Shown here: positions 27,126 through 35,861 of the stretch, one piece after another
Position numbering within the stretch: position 1 is the stretch's first letter
Layout of the letters: each line of letters opens with the position of its first letter
Origin: Nitrospirota bacterium
GTDB taxonomy: Bacteria; Nitrospirota; UBA9217
Assembly: GCA_029858565.1 (NCBI GenBank)
Contig: JAOUEV010000020.1
Location: 1-51,333 of the forward strand
Direction: 5' to 3'
Length of the DNA: 51,333 bases
Translations under genes and position numbers: made by a program
Notes under the pieces: generated by a model
Told to the model about the DNA's origin: nothing
Databases searched by the model: none
The model's input: the letters and a program-made list of their open reading frames with translations, nothing else

Positions 27126-28505
27126 ATGTCCGATTCTTTTTATATAGCTCTTCGGGAATCGCTTCAGGCATCGTTCCTTGTTGCGCTGGTCCTTTTCGCG
27201 CCTCCTGCACGCGATGACGCCCGTTCCCGGCGCAATGCGCTGCTCGGTCTGGTCATCGGGTTCCTTGCCGGCACGGCCGCCGGCGCCATCCCGGCCATTA
27301 CCAGGACCCTGGGCACCCACGAGACCTGGACCTTCTGGCGCCATGGCGCTGAAACAGTCCTGTTCTACGGCAGCGTCGCGCTGCTGGCAGGCACGGGCAG
27401 CAGATCACGCGCGCTGCCTCCGGCATTGTTCCTGCCCTTAGGATTCTCGCTCGTCTTCTTTGAGGCGCGGACGCTCGGCTTCATTGCCCATGATCTCGGC
27501 GCCATGACCGGCCGCATCGGGACCTCCTTTGCCTGGGGGGCAGCGGGACTTGCAGCAGGCGCCCTGCCGCTCCTGCTGATCAGGAGCCGGGTCCGCAGGC
27601 TTCCCTTTGAACGGACCTTCTCCCCCGCGAGCCTGCTCATGTCCCTGGGCGCGCTCCAGCTCTGGATGGGGGGGCTCGGCGAACTCGGCGGTGAAAGCGT
27701 CATGGTCCCGCTCCAGCGAGGGCTGCAGCTCTTCTTCAACGAGTTCATGAAAAGCGTGCAGTCGGCGCTCCTCATAACCGAGCATCCCTTTCTCGAGGTC
27801 ACCCTGTCGGGTCTGGCCGAGTACCTGGGAAGCGACCGCTCCGCTCTGACCGTGACCGTGCTCTTTCTGATGATCCCTCCGGTCTACATCCTCGTCACGA
27901 TCTTTGCGCGTCCCGATCCGCAGGTGACGGGCATCGCCGGAAGCGCCCATCGACGCCAGGCGGTAGCAGGTTTCCGGAGGGATTTGACCCTGGAAAGCGC
28001 GCCGGTCCTGACCGCGTTCATCGTCCTGGTGGTCATGCTCCACGCCGTGAACGTATCCATGAACCCGCTGTATGATCCCGAGCCCGTCCCGGTGCGCGAG
28101 GCCGACGAGGGCGGCGTCATCAAGATCCCGCTGTCGGGCAAGAGCGGCGACCTGACAGACAAGAAACTCCGCAAGTTCGTGTACTACGAGGGAACCAAGC
28201 AGGTGCTGTTCATCGCCATCATGAAGGCTGACAACACGGTCGGCGTGGCGCTTGACCAGTGCGAGATCTGCCGCCCCGCGGACTGGAACAAGGACGCCAA
28301 GGGATACGCACAGAAGGGCGAGAACCTGATCTGCAAATACTGCGTGACCCCCATCGCCACGAACACGGTGAACACGCCGGGAGGCTGCAATCCCATCCCG
28401 GTTCCCTTCAAGATCACCGACGGGTCGATTGTGCTCAACAAGAACCTTCTGGTCTCGACCTTTGACAAGGCCGAGGCCCTGGAAAAAGGGGGAACCCACC
28501 TGTGA
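27126..28505 (+). CDS. FTR1-like iron permease fused to a DUF2318-like Cys-rich (Fe-S) domain
   Basis: N-terminal LRESLQA (RExxE-like), many TM helices, C-terminal CEIC...CKYC...GGCNPIP. Confidence 0.82.
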   Translation: MSDSFYIALRESLQASFLVALVLFAPPARDDARSRRNALLGLVIGFLAGTAAGAIPAITRTLGTHETWTFWRHGAETVLFYGSVALLAGTGSRSRALPPALFLPLGFSLVFFEARTLGFIAHDLGAMTGRIGTSFAWGAAGLAAGALPLLLIRSRVRRLPFERTFSPASLLMSLGALQLWMGGLGELGGESVMVPLQRGLQLFFNEFMKSVQSALLITEHPFLEVTLSGLAEYLGSDRSALTVTVLFLMIPPVYILVTIFARPDPQVTGIAGSAHRRQAVAGFRRDLTLESAPVLTAFIVLVVMLHAVNVSMNPLYDPEPVPVREADEGGVIKIPLSGKSGDLTDKKLRKFVYYEGTKQVLFIAIMKADNTVGVALDQCEICRPADWNKDAKGYAQKGENLICKYCVTPIATNTVNTPGGCNPIPVPFKITDGSIVLNKNLLVSTFDKAEALEKGGTHL

Positions 28506-29758
28506 GCATCCGCCCCCTCCTCCGCCTGATCGGGTCCTGGTGGCTGACCGCCGCGCTGTTGTCGCTCCTGACATCGGCATATCTCGTCTTCTCCCTTGAC
28601 GGCAATCCCTACCCCGCGTGGCTGGAGTTCCTCTTTCACTCCGGCCCGGGTATCGCGCTCTACTCGGCGCTGACGATCAATATCGCGGCTGCGACCATCC
28701 GCATCGTCGTGGACCGCATGGCAAGGCCCGCAGTTACGCCGGAGACCATCCGGGCCATGGATGAATACACCGAGTTCCCGATCAACGACGACCGGTCCCT
28801 GCACATGGCGGCAGGACTGCTCAAGGAACGCCTGTCTGCACAGGACATCCGGGGCCAGGGCATGCGCCATGTGACCGGCCGCCTGTCCTTTCTTCCCGGA
28901 GCCGTTTTCCGCTTCGGCCTGGTCATGACGCTCCTCGCGCTCCAGGTGAGCGTCCACACCCGCCGGAGCAGTGACGCTGTTTTCCATGAAAACGAGGAGC
29001 GGAGCATCCTGGGGAGCCCGATCACGGTGACAAAGATCTCGGCAAACCTTCCTGGCGATTTTCTGCAAGTAGGTGATGACACGACCTTCCGGCTTGACCG
29101 GGTGTCCGTTACCGCCGCGTCTGCAGGAGCAAGTCACCGCATCACGCCGGGATTCCCGACGCGCATCAGCGGCGCCTATTATCGGGTCCGCCATGTAGGT
29201 TTCGCCCAGCCGGCGGTCATCGCGGTCGCGGGAAGGACCCAGGAGCTGACGGTCGATCTCGACGTCCTGCCTCCGGGAAGAACAAGCATCCTTTCCCTTG
29301 CATCAGGCGACTCGTTCTTCACCTTCTCCCTCGAACCGGACAGGACCATCACCAAGGGCCTGGTCACGGGCAGGCAGTACGATCTGACAGCGCCCCGCTA
29401 CCGGGTCACGGCGCAGCGCGGGAACGTGCGGGGAAAACAGCCTTCGGCCGTTCTCCGGCCCGGCAGTCGTGCCGCGGTCGGTCCGGCATCGATCGCGCTG
29501 GGCAGACCGGGGCTGTCGGTGCGCATCCAGGCCACGTCCGACCCGGCGCTTCCCTTCCTGTATGCAGGCATGCTTATTTTGCTGGCAGGGCTGGGTGCGA
29601 TGCTGAGCAGGTTCTTCTGGTATGAACGGGAATTCGCGCTGTCCATGGACGGGACCACGCTGATCATGGGATGCAGGGACGAGTTCTTCAAGAAGTGGGG
29701 GATCCTGCGATTCCAGCGCTGGACGGAAGGTCTGCAGGTGGCGGAAAAAGCTGGTTAA
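28502..29758 (+). CDS. ResB/CcsB-like membrane protein with large periplasmic domain
   Basis: Three N-terminal TM helices, beta-rich middle region, DPALPFLYAG C-terminal TM motif. Confidence 0.7.
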   Translation: MSIRPLLRLIGSWWLTAALLSLLTSAYLVFSLDGNPYPAWLEFLFHSGPGIALYSALTINIAAATIRIVVDRMARPAVTPETIRAMDEYTEFPINDDRSLHMAAGLLKERLSAQDIRGQGMRHVTGRLSFLPGAVFRFGLVMTLLALQVSVHTRRSSDAVFHENEERSILGSPITVTKISANLPGDFLQVGDDTTFRLDRVSVTAASAGASHRITPGFPTRISGAYYRVRHVGFAQPAVIAVAGRTQELTVDLDVLPPGRTSILSLASGDSFFTFSLEPDRTITKGLVTGRQYDLTAPRYRVTAQRGNVRGKQPSAVLRPGSRAAVGPASIALGRPGLSVRIQATSDPALPFLYAGMLILLAGLGAMLSRFFWYEREFALSMDGTTLIMGCRDEFFKKWGILRFQRWTEGLQVAEKAG

Positions 29759-29765
29759 AACAACT

Positions 29766-30809
29766 ATGACACCTTCTTCACCAAGACCGAAAGATGGCAA
29801 CACGCGCCTGCACGTCCTTGCCGGTGTCGCCTGCCTCTGCGTCCTTGCCGGCGCGGGCATCGGCATCCTTGCCGGACGCCAGGACATCACGCCGAGCGAT
29901 TGCCTCGAAACACGGTTGAGCGGCTACCGGTTCATCAACCCCCTGCTTGACTGCGAGATCGCCGGAAATCCCGTCGCGTTCAGGGAATTGAGGTTTTTTC
30001 AGCACAAGATCGAACAGCTCATCAGGGATCGTACCGGAAAATACCAGCTCACCTTGGTGTCCGTTTACTTCCGGGACCTTATGAACGGCCCCTGGTTCGG
30101 CATTAATGAAAAAACGCTTTTCACTCCGGCAAGCCTGCTCAAGGTCCCGATCATGATCGCCTGCCTCAAGCAGGCGGAAAAGGATCCGTCGTTCCTCGGC
30201 AAGCTCGTCCCCAACACTCTGCGGGAAGACCTGAATCAGAAGCAGTTCGTCAAGCCCGACGAGGTGCTCAGGCCGAACCGCCGCTACACAGTGGAACAGT
30301 TGATCCGGAGGATGATCGAATATTCGGACAACAACGCGGCACACCTGCTCGGCAAAACCGTGGACCCGAAAATGCTCGTCAGGACCTTTCAGGACCTCGG
30401 CGTGAAGCGCCCCCTCTTGAACATCCAGTACGATTTCATGTCTGTCAAGATGTACGCGTCGTTCTTTCGGATCCTCTTTAACGCATCCTATCTTGATCGG
30501 AACTATTCACAGCTGGCCCTGGAGTATCTCAGCTATTCCACGTTCAAGGATGGTATTGCCGCCGGCATCCCTCCTTACATCCTCGCGGCCCACAAATTCG
30601 GAGAATTCCATGTTCCGGGACCGGAGAACATCAGACAGCGCCATGACTGCGGCATCATATACTATCCCGGCAGACCCTACCTGCTCTGCGTCATGAGTCG
30701 CGGTCAGGACTACGATTCTCTCGACAACATCATTCGCGAGGTGAGCAGGACGGTTTATGAGGAGATCGACGCGGACGTGAAGTCCCGGTCGCGGAGGTCC
30801 GCCCCATGA
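29766..30809 (+). CDS. Class A beta-lactamase-like serine hydrolase 1
   Basis: ASLLK (SxxK), SDN, HKFG (KTG-like), HDCGIIY; N-terminal TM helix. Confidence 0.88.
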   Translation: MTPSSPRPKDGNTRLHVLAGVACLCVLAGAGIGILAGRQDITPSDCLETRLSGYRFINPLLDCEIAGNPVAFRELRFFQHKIEQLIRDRTGKYQLTLVSVYFRDLMNGPWFGINEKTLFTPASLLKVPIMIACLKQAEKDPSFLGKLVPNTLREDLNQKQFVKPDEVLRPNRRYTVEQLIRRMIEYSDNNAAHLLGKTVDPKMLVRTFQDLGVKRPLLNIQYDFMSVKMYASFFRILFNASYLDRNYSQLALEYLSYSTFKDGIAAGIPPYILAAHKFGEFHVPGPENIRQRHDCGIIYYPGRPYLLCVMSRGQDYDSLDNIIREVSRTVYEEIDADVKSRSRRSAP

Positions 30810-31840
30810 GCCTCCGCGCTTCATATACGGTTCCGGCGACGTTGGTCCTGGCCGGCGTCATGCTCATCAGCCTCGGGTTCCTCATCGGCTTCGCCGCAAC
30901 GGGTCGTGGTGATTCCGCTATTCATGCCGAGCGAACCGCGCAGCTGCGTCTCACTGATTTCGACCTCACGAACCCGCTGCTGGAGTGTGAAGGCGCGGAT
31001 GCGACCATCGGGGACCGCACGTTCAGGCCGTTCAAAAATGAGTTGAACTCTCTCGTGAGCAGTATCCTGAACCGGGGACAGGTCCGGCAGCTCGCGGTGT
31101 ATTTTCGCGATCTGAACAACGGCCCCTGGTATGGGATCAACGAAAATCTTGAATTCTACCCTGCAAGCCTGATGAAGATCCCGGTCGCCATGGTCTTTAC
31201 GAAGGAGGCCGAGGCTGATCCACGTGTCCTGCAGCGGGTAATCAAGAACACACTCTCTAAGGATTATAACACCTCACGCGTATATCCGTCTTCCCGTGCG
31301 GTGCTTCCCGGCAGGAGCTACCGGGTCCGGGATCTGATCGAGATCATGCTGTCCGAATCAGACAACAATGCCGTTGTCTTGCTGGGCCGCCACATGAATC
31401 GCGCCATCGCGGAACAGCTTTTTGCCGATCTGGGCCTGCCTGCGCCGACAAACGAACCACGGGACTACCTGTCCATCCGTTCCTTTTCCATGCTCTTTCG
31501 CACCCTGTTCAATGCGTCCTATGTATCGAAGGACGCCTCGGAGGAACTCCTCTCGCTCCTGAGCAGATCGTCCTTTCGTCAGGGGATCGCGGCGGGTGTT
31601 CCCGAGGGGGTCATGATCGCGAACAAGTATGGCGAGCAGCAATTGGGACCGGCAGGGAGCGTCAAGGAATTGCATGACTGCGGCATCATCTATTATCCCG
31701 ACAGCCCCTATCTCCTCTGCGTCATGAGCAAGGGGGACAGCTACGAAGCCGATGAAGCGGCCATCAGGGAGATATCACGATTTGTCTTTTCGGTCGTCGA
31801 TTCCGAGCAGCGCGAACATTCGGATGCGAAACACCGATAG
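30806..31840 (+). CDS. Class A beta-lactamase-like serine hydrolase 2
   Basis: ASLMK, SDN, NKYG, HDCGIIY; clear paralogue of the preceding gene with ATGA overlap. Confidence 0.88.
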   Translation: MSLRASYTVPATLVLAGVMLISLGFLIGFAATGRGDSAIHAERTAQLRLTDFDLTNPLLECEGADATIGDRTFRPFKNELNSLVSSILNRGQVRQLAVYFRDLNNGPWYGINENLEFYPASLMKIPVAMVFTKEAEADPRVLQRVIKNTLSKDYNTSRVYPSSRAVLPGRSYRVRDLIEIMLSESDNNAVVLLGRHMNRAIAEQLFADLGLPAPTNEPRDYLSIRSFSMLFRTLFNASYVSKDASEELLSLLSRSSFRQGIAAGVPEGVMIANKYGEQQLGPAGSVKELHDCGIIYYPDSPYLLCVMSKGDSYEADEAAIREISRFVFSVVDSEQREHSDAKHR

Positions 31841-31847
31841 GCAGTGG

Positions 31848-32567
31848 TCAACCGTTCATCCGCGCCAGGACGAACCCCGCGCCGCCAAGGCAGAGCAGTA
31901 CCCCGCCGAGAAGCGCCCAGGGCGCGCCGGGATCGCGGCTTACGCGGATAAGCGCCGAGGATCCCTTGTTGTCAACGTTCACGGATTTTGAGAAGATCCC
32001 GTAGCTTCCCATATGCAGGGGATGCGCCGGCCTGAGGGACCGGACCTCTCCGGTCTTCCCGCCGTTGCTCCAGCGCAGCACCGCCTCCCAATCCACGGCA
32101 TACCCGTTCGCATCGAGCTCCTCGCGCACGCTTACCAGCGTGATCGCGGCGCCTTCTGCCACCAGTTTCGTTTCCCCCTGTCTGATGTCCAGGTCCAGCT
32201 TCATGCCCATTGACGCGGTCAGCAGATGTCCCAGCATGACAAAGAGCACGCCGACATGCATGATCTGCGGGGACAAGCGCGCTATCGTGTTGATCCTGCC
32301 GACCCTGAACAGAAGCGCTTCACCGGTGCAGACCAGCGTGTTCAAGGCAAACAGTCCGAGCCCGGCGATGAGACCGTAGATCCACCACGTCGTGCCGATA
32401 TTTCCCGCTTCGGAAAGCCAGCGGAACAGCGGCGTGTCGTCGATGCCCGAGAAGAACGCGAGATTGCCCGGCAGCGCGATCGACCCCCAGAGCATGATCA
32501 CCGCGAAGAAGACGAAGAACCAGTACGCGGTCCTGATGGAAAGGAAGAAATTGAGGATTGCTTTCAT
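31848..32567 (-). CDS. Short ResB/CcsB-like cytochrome c biogenesis protein
   Basis: LNTLVCT, QIMHVG (TM His) and RDPGAPWALLGG motifs; directly after ccsA. Confidence 0.8.
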   Translation of the reverse strand: MKAILNFFLSIRTAYWFFVFFAVIMLWGSIALPGNLAFFSGIDDTPLFRWLSEAGNIGTTWWIYGLIAGLGLFALNTLVCTGEALLFRVGRINTIARLSPQIMHVGVLFVMLGHLLTASMGMKLDLDIRQGETKLVAEGAAITLVSVREELDANGYAVDWEAVLRWSNGGKTGEVRSLRPAHPLHMGSYGIFSKSVNVDNKGSSALIRVSRDPGAPWALLGGVLLCLGGAGFVLARMNG

Positions 32568-32649
32568 AGACAGGTCCTTTTATAGGATAGGGAGCCCAAT
32601 CCGCAACAAGATCGAAAAGCAAAGATGTCTCGCGCAAAGCCGCACTGTT

Positions 32650-33414
32650 TCAGAATTGCACCGGCGGCGCGGGAATGATCGTTCCCACCCCAAAGTAAGC
32701 AAAAAGGGCGATGAGATACCCGAGCAGGCCGATGATCGCCGCGGGCCTGCCCGCCAGGCCCTTAAGGTAGCGCTGGTGCAGGTAGAGACCGAAGAAGAAC
32801 CAGCAGAGCGTGGTAAAAAGCTCCCTTGAGGTCCAGAGCCAGTACATGCCGTAAGCGATGAAGAACCAGACACTGCCTGCCACGAGCGCGATCGTGTAGA
32901 CCGCCCACCCGTATGCGGCGAGCTGGTACTGCAGACGCTCCCGGTCCGCGTTCCCCTCGGCAAGATAGGCGATACCCGCGCATGCCGAAACCCCGAAGAA
33001 TCCGTAGGACAGGTACAGGAGGAACATATGCAGCGTGAACCAGGGGGTGCGCATGAACGGAGAGATCGTGTTGATCGTCGGGAAGAGCAGCGACGCTATC
33101 GCCAGCAGGGAAACGGCCGTGATCGACGTAACCTGATACCAGGGAGAGGTGTCGGCGGCGGACAAACGCCAGTACACGACCGCCGTCGTAAAGGCCATGA
33201 ACGAGACGTTATCGTGCTTTTCCGTGAGCGGGATCCCGCCGAGGACATAACCGCGGTATATGATGCTGAGGCCGTGCAGCACCAGCCCCAGAAGAAAGAG
33301 GGTGCGGCTGTGCTTTCCTTCCATCATGCCCATGCCGTAGAACAGCGCGGGAACGAGGATCGAGAAGATCGTGATGAGGGTCCGCGCTTCTTCCGCGCTC
33401 AGATCAGAAAACAT
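32650..33414 (-). CDS. ccsA: Cytochrome c biogenesis protein CcsA/ResC (system II)
   Basis: WFTLH, GSVW...YGMYWLWTSRE (WWD-like domain), YLH heme-ligand His. Confidence 0.9.
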   Translation of the reverse strand: MFSDLSAEEARTLITIFSILVPALFYGMGMMEGKHSRTLFLLGLVLHGLSIIYRGYVLGGIPLTEKHDNVSFMAFTTAVVYWRLSAADTSPWYQVTSITAVSLLAIASLLFPTINTISPFMRTPWFTLHMFLLYLSYGFFGVSACAGIAYLAEGNADRERLQYQLAAYGWAVYTIALVAGSVWFFIAYGMYWLWTSRELFTTLCWFFFGLYLHQRYLKGLAGRPAAIIGLLGYLIALFAYFGVGTIIPAPPVQF

Positions 33415-33445
33415 GGAATGCTCCGCTGAAATGAAAATATATTCT

Positions 33446-33543
33446 ACCGCGAAGGCGCGCGGGGCGCGATGGACGTCAAAATCTTTTTTATCTTTAATTC
33501 AGGATCTCAAGAGATTTCTTCGCGACCGTTGCGTCTTCGCGGT
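33446..33543. repeat. Imperfect 26-bp inverted repeat (REP/MITE-like)
   Basis: accgcgaaggcgcgcggggcgcgatg (33446-33471) versus the reverse complement of 33518-33543 (accgcgaagacgcaacggtcgcgaag), around an AT-rich core. Confidence 0.6.
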
Positions 33544-33574
33544 TCATGGGATCTTCTGCATGGAATGGTCCGGC

Positions 33575-33958
33575 TCAGGAGGAAAGCTTTTCCCGTGTCG
33601 CGGACGCGACACGCAGCCAGAAAATAATGCCCACGACGATCATGACCGCGGCGAGACCGTACTTCATGAAGAGGCCTGCCTGATACCCTTTCTGCGCAGC
33701 GTTCACCCATTCGAACGTGTCGAACGTCGCGATGCGGATCAGGCCGCTAACCATGATCCAGACAAGGGAGATCCAGACGAGCCGCACCATGCCGCGGTAG
33801 AGGCTCCGTGCATACGCGCGCAGCACCGGACTCTCGGCGCCGTTGTTCAGGTATTTCCGGAACAGCCAGAGCACAAGCGCGCAGGCCGGCAGCATGGCCG
33901 TTGCCACGTCGTGGAAATAATTGTTCATCAGTAAAAACGTCGCGAATCCCGGGTTCAT
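33575..33958 (-). CDS. Small membrane protein (NYxHDxATA family), paralogue of 25886-26281
   Basis: NNYFHDVATAML...IRI..F..FEW...KY; TGATG-coupled to radical SAM 2. Confidence 0.82.
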   Translation of the reverse strand: MNPGFATFLLMNNYFHDVATAMLPACALVLWLFRKYLNNGAESPVLRAYARSLYRGMVRLVWISLVWIMVSGLIRIATFDTFEWVNAAQKGYQAGLFMKYGLAAVMIVVGIIFWLRVASATREKLSS

Positions 33959-35310
33959 CACTTCCGCACTCCGCATTCCGCATTCCGCATTCGAATCATC
34001 TCTTCCCGCTCACGCGCGAACTGCTTGAACGCCCTGCCCTGGGGGAACTGGACCATCCAGGAGGTGATATGGCTCATGGGGAATCCCTTCCATGACACCT
34101 GGGACATGCGCTCCAGGATCTGGGGGACCGAGAACAGGTCAGCCCGGAGCCGCACGATCGCATCTTCGCGCTCCAGCACGGACATGGTGGGATGCTCGTA
34201 GGTCGCGTGGTTGCCGTCGTAGCTGTCCCAGTCAAGACCGGGGATCAGATAGGGCTTGTAGATATCATAGAGATCGGTGCCGGGAAAGGGCGTGGTCATG
34301 ACCGGATGGGCCGACACCTTCAGGTCATCACAGAGCTTGCGGATGCCGTCAAAGTCCTCACGCACATCCTGCCTGCCGCCGACCATGATGAAGAGCATGA
34401 CCTCGATGCCGTGGTCGCGCACCTTTTTGATGGCGTCCCTGCGCTCGCTGCCCTGCTTGGTCACGGCCTTGTATTCCTGCAGGCTCTGCTGGTTGTTCGA
34501 TTCCCAGCCCACGAGCACCGCCGTGAGGCCCGCCTTGCGCGCGTTGTTCAGCAGTTCGTGGGAGCGCGGATGCTGGATCGACGTGAGGTCGCCGGAGCCG
34601 AACCACCATTTGCGCCGCACGGTCTTTGCCATCTCCGCGTAGAGCTCGATGGAGCGGTTGACGTTCACTCCCCAGATATTGTCGTCGATGCCCCAGAAGA
34701 GATGCCGTTTGCTCGCCGCGACCTCCTCCACCACGTCCTTGATGGGACGCATGCGCACTTTTCCGCCGAAGAACTTATGGACCGAGCAGAAGGCGCAGGA
34801 GAAGGGGCAGCCGCGGGAGGTCTGGAAATAACCGTACACGTACTTGGTCTTCCAGAGGTTCGTGACCGGACGGGGCAGGTTCACCAGGTCCGAGAATGTG
34901 CCCTGGTAGGTCTGCTTGAGCGTCCCCTGCTCCGCGTCCTTCAGCAGCCCTGCCCAGATGTTCTCCGACTCTCCGAGCACCAGCGCGTCGCAGTGCTGCT
35001 TCGCCTCCTCGGGGAGCGCTGTCACATGAATGCCCCCGAGAATGACCTTCTTGCCCATGGCGCGGAGCTTGTCCGCGGTCCGGTAGACCCAGGGAGCCTG
35101 GGGCGTCAGCACGGTGAATCCGATCAGGTCCGCGTCCGCCGCCTGCGGATCAAAGGATTCCTTGTTCGCGTCAACGACCTGGACCTCGATGTCCGGCCTG
35201 AGCTGGCGCGTAAGCCCGGTCATGTATTCGAGCACCGGAGGGGCGATAGGCAGTCCCTTGGACTTCTGGCCCTTCTCGCCGAAGGGAGGGGAAACAAGCA
35301 GGAGTTTCAT
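33958..35310 (-). CDS. Cobalamin-binding radical SAM enzyme 2
   Basis: B12-binding domain (GGIHVT, GESE), TSRGCPFSCAFC, DDN and TPFPGT motifs. Confidence 0.95.
   Translation of the reverse strand: MKLLLVSPPFGEKGQKSKGLPIAPPVLEYMTGLTRQLRPDIEVQVVDANKESFDPQAADADLIGFTVLTPQAPWVYRTADKLRAMGKKVILGGIHVTALPEEAKQHCDALVLGESENIWAGLLKDAEQGTLKQTYQGTFSDLVNLPRPVTNLWKTKYVYGYFQTSRGCPFSCAFCSVHKFFGGKVRMRPIKDVVEEVAASKRHLFWGIDDNIWGVNVNRSIELYAEMAKTVRRKWWFGSGDLTSIQHPRSHELLNNARKAGLTAVLVGWESNNQQSLQEYKAVTKQGSERRDAIKKVRDHGIEVMLFIMVGGRQDVREDFDGIRKLCDDLKVSAHPVMTTPFPGTDLYDIYKPYLIPGLDWDSYDGNHATYEHPTMSVLEREDAIVRLRADLFSVPQILERMSQVSWKGFPMSHITSWMVQFPQGRAFKQFAREREEMIRMRNAECGVRK
33961..33992. repeat. 7-nt tandem repeat (A[C/T]TCCGC) x4 encoding the last residues of radical SAM 2
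   Basis: cttccgc-actccgc-attccgc-attccgc-attc. Confidence 0.85.
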
Positions 35311-35423
35311 GGTGCACAATGTACCACAGTGCCCGCGGGAAGTTCAATTGCTTTTGGGCAGGTTAAAATGCGAACGGCCGCTGGCGCGGCCGTCACGGGA
35401 AATCCGGCGTCAGCAGCGAGGAC

Positions 35424-35861
35424 CTAGTCCTCGCACATCATCTTGATCTTGTCGAGCACAGCCTCCGCCTCCTTCTGGTTCAGCTTCTCCACCAGCGAGC
35501 TCTTTGAAACAACGCTCATGATCTTGCTCGGCGTTTCGTAGATCACCTCGACAGTCAGGTCCGTTCCGCCTCCGTTCTGCCGGAACCCGTAATTCTCGGT
35601 GATCGGGAACCCGCCCTCCATCTTCATGCCGAACTTGGCGTTCTTCACGTTCTCGATGATCGTGCCTTTGCCGCCGAAATCCAGGCCGAGCATCCGGTAC
35701 TTCCAGACAAAGGTCGTCCCCTTGTCAACCGCAGGGGAGGAAAGGTCGCGGACCTCCACAAGGCTGGTCACGTATTTCGTCCAGTTGTCGGGGCTTACGA
35801 CAAAATCAAAAACCTTCTCGATCGGCGCATTGATCGTGATCGTTCTGCTGATGGTCGGCAT
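35424..35861 (-). CDS. SRPBCC/START-like (polyketide cyclase-like) protein
   Basis: ITINAPIEKVFDFV..P.NW motif; GAGGAGG RBS. Confidence 0.88.
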   Translation of the reverse strand: MPTISRTITINAPIEKVFDFVVSPDNWTKYVTSLVEVRDLSSPAVDKGTTFVWKYRMLGLDFGGKGTIIENVKNAKFGMKMEGGFPITENYGFRQNGGGTDLTVEVIYETPSKIMSVVSKSSLVEKLNQKEAEAVLDKIKMMCED

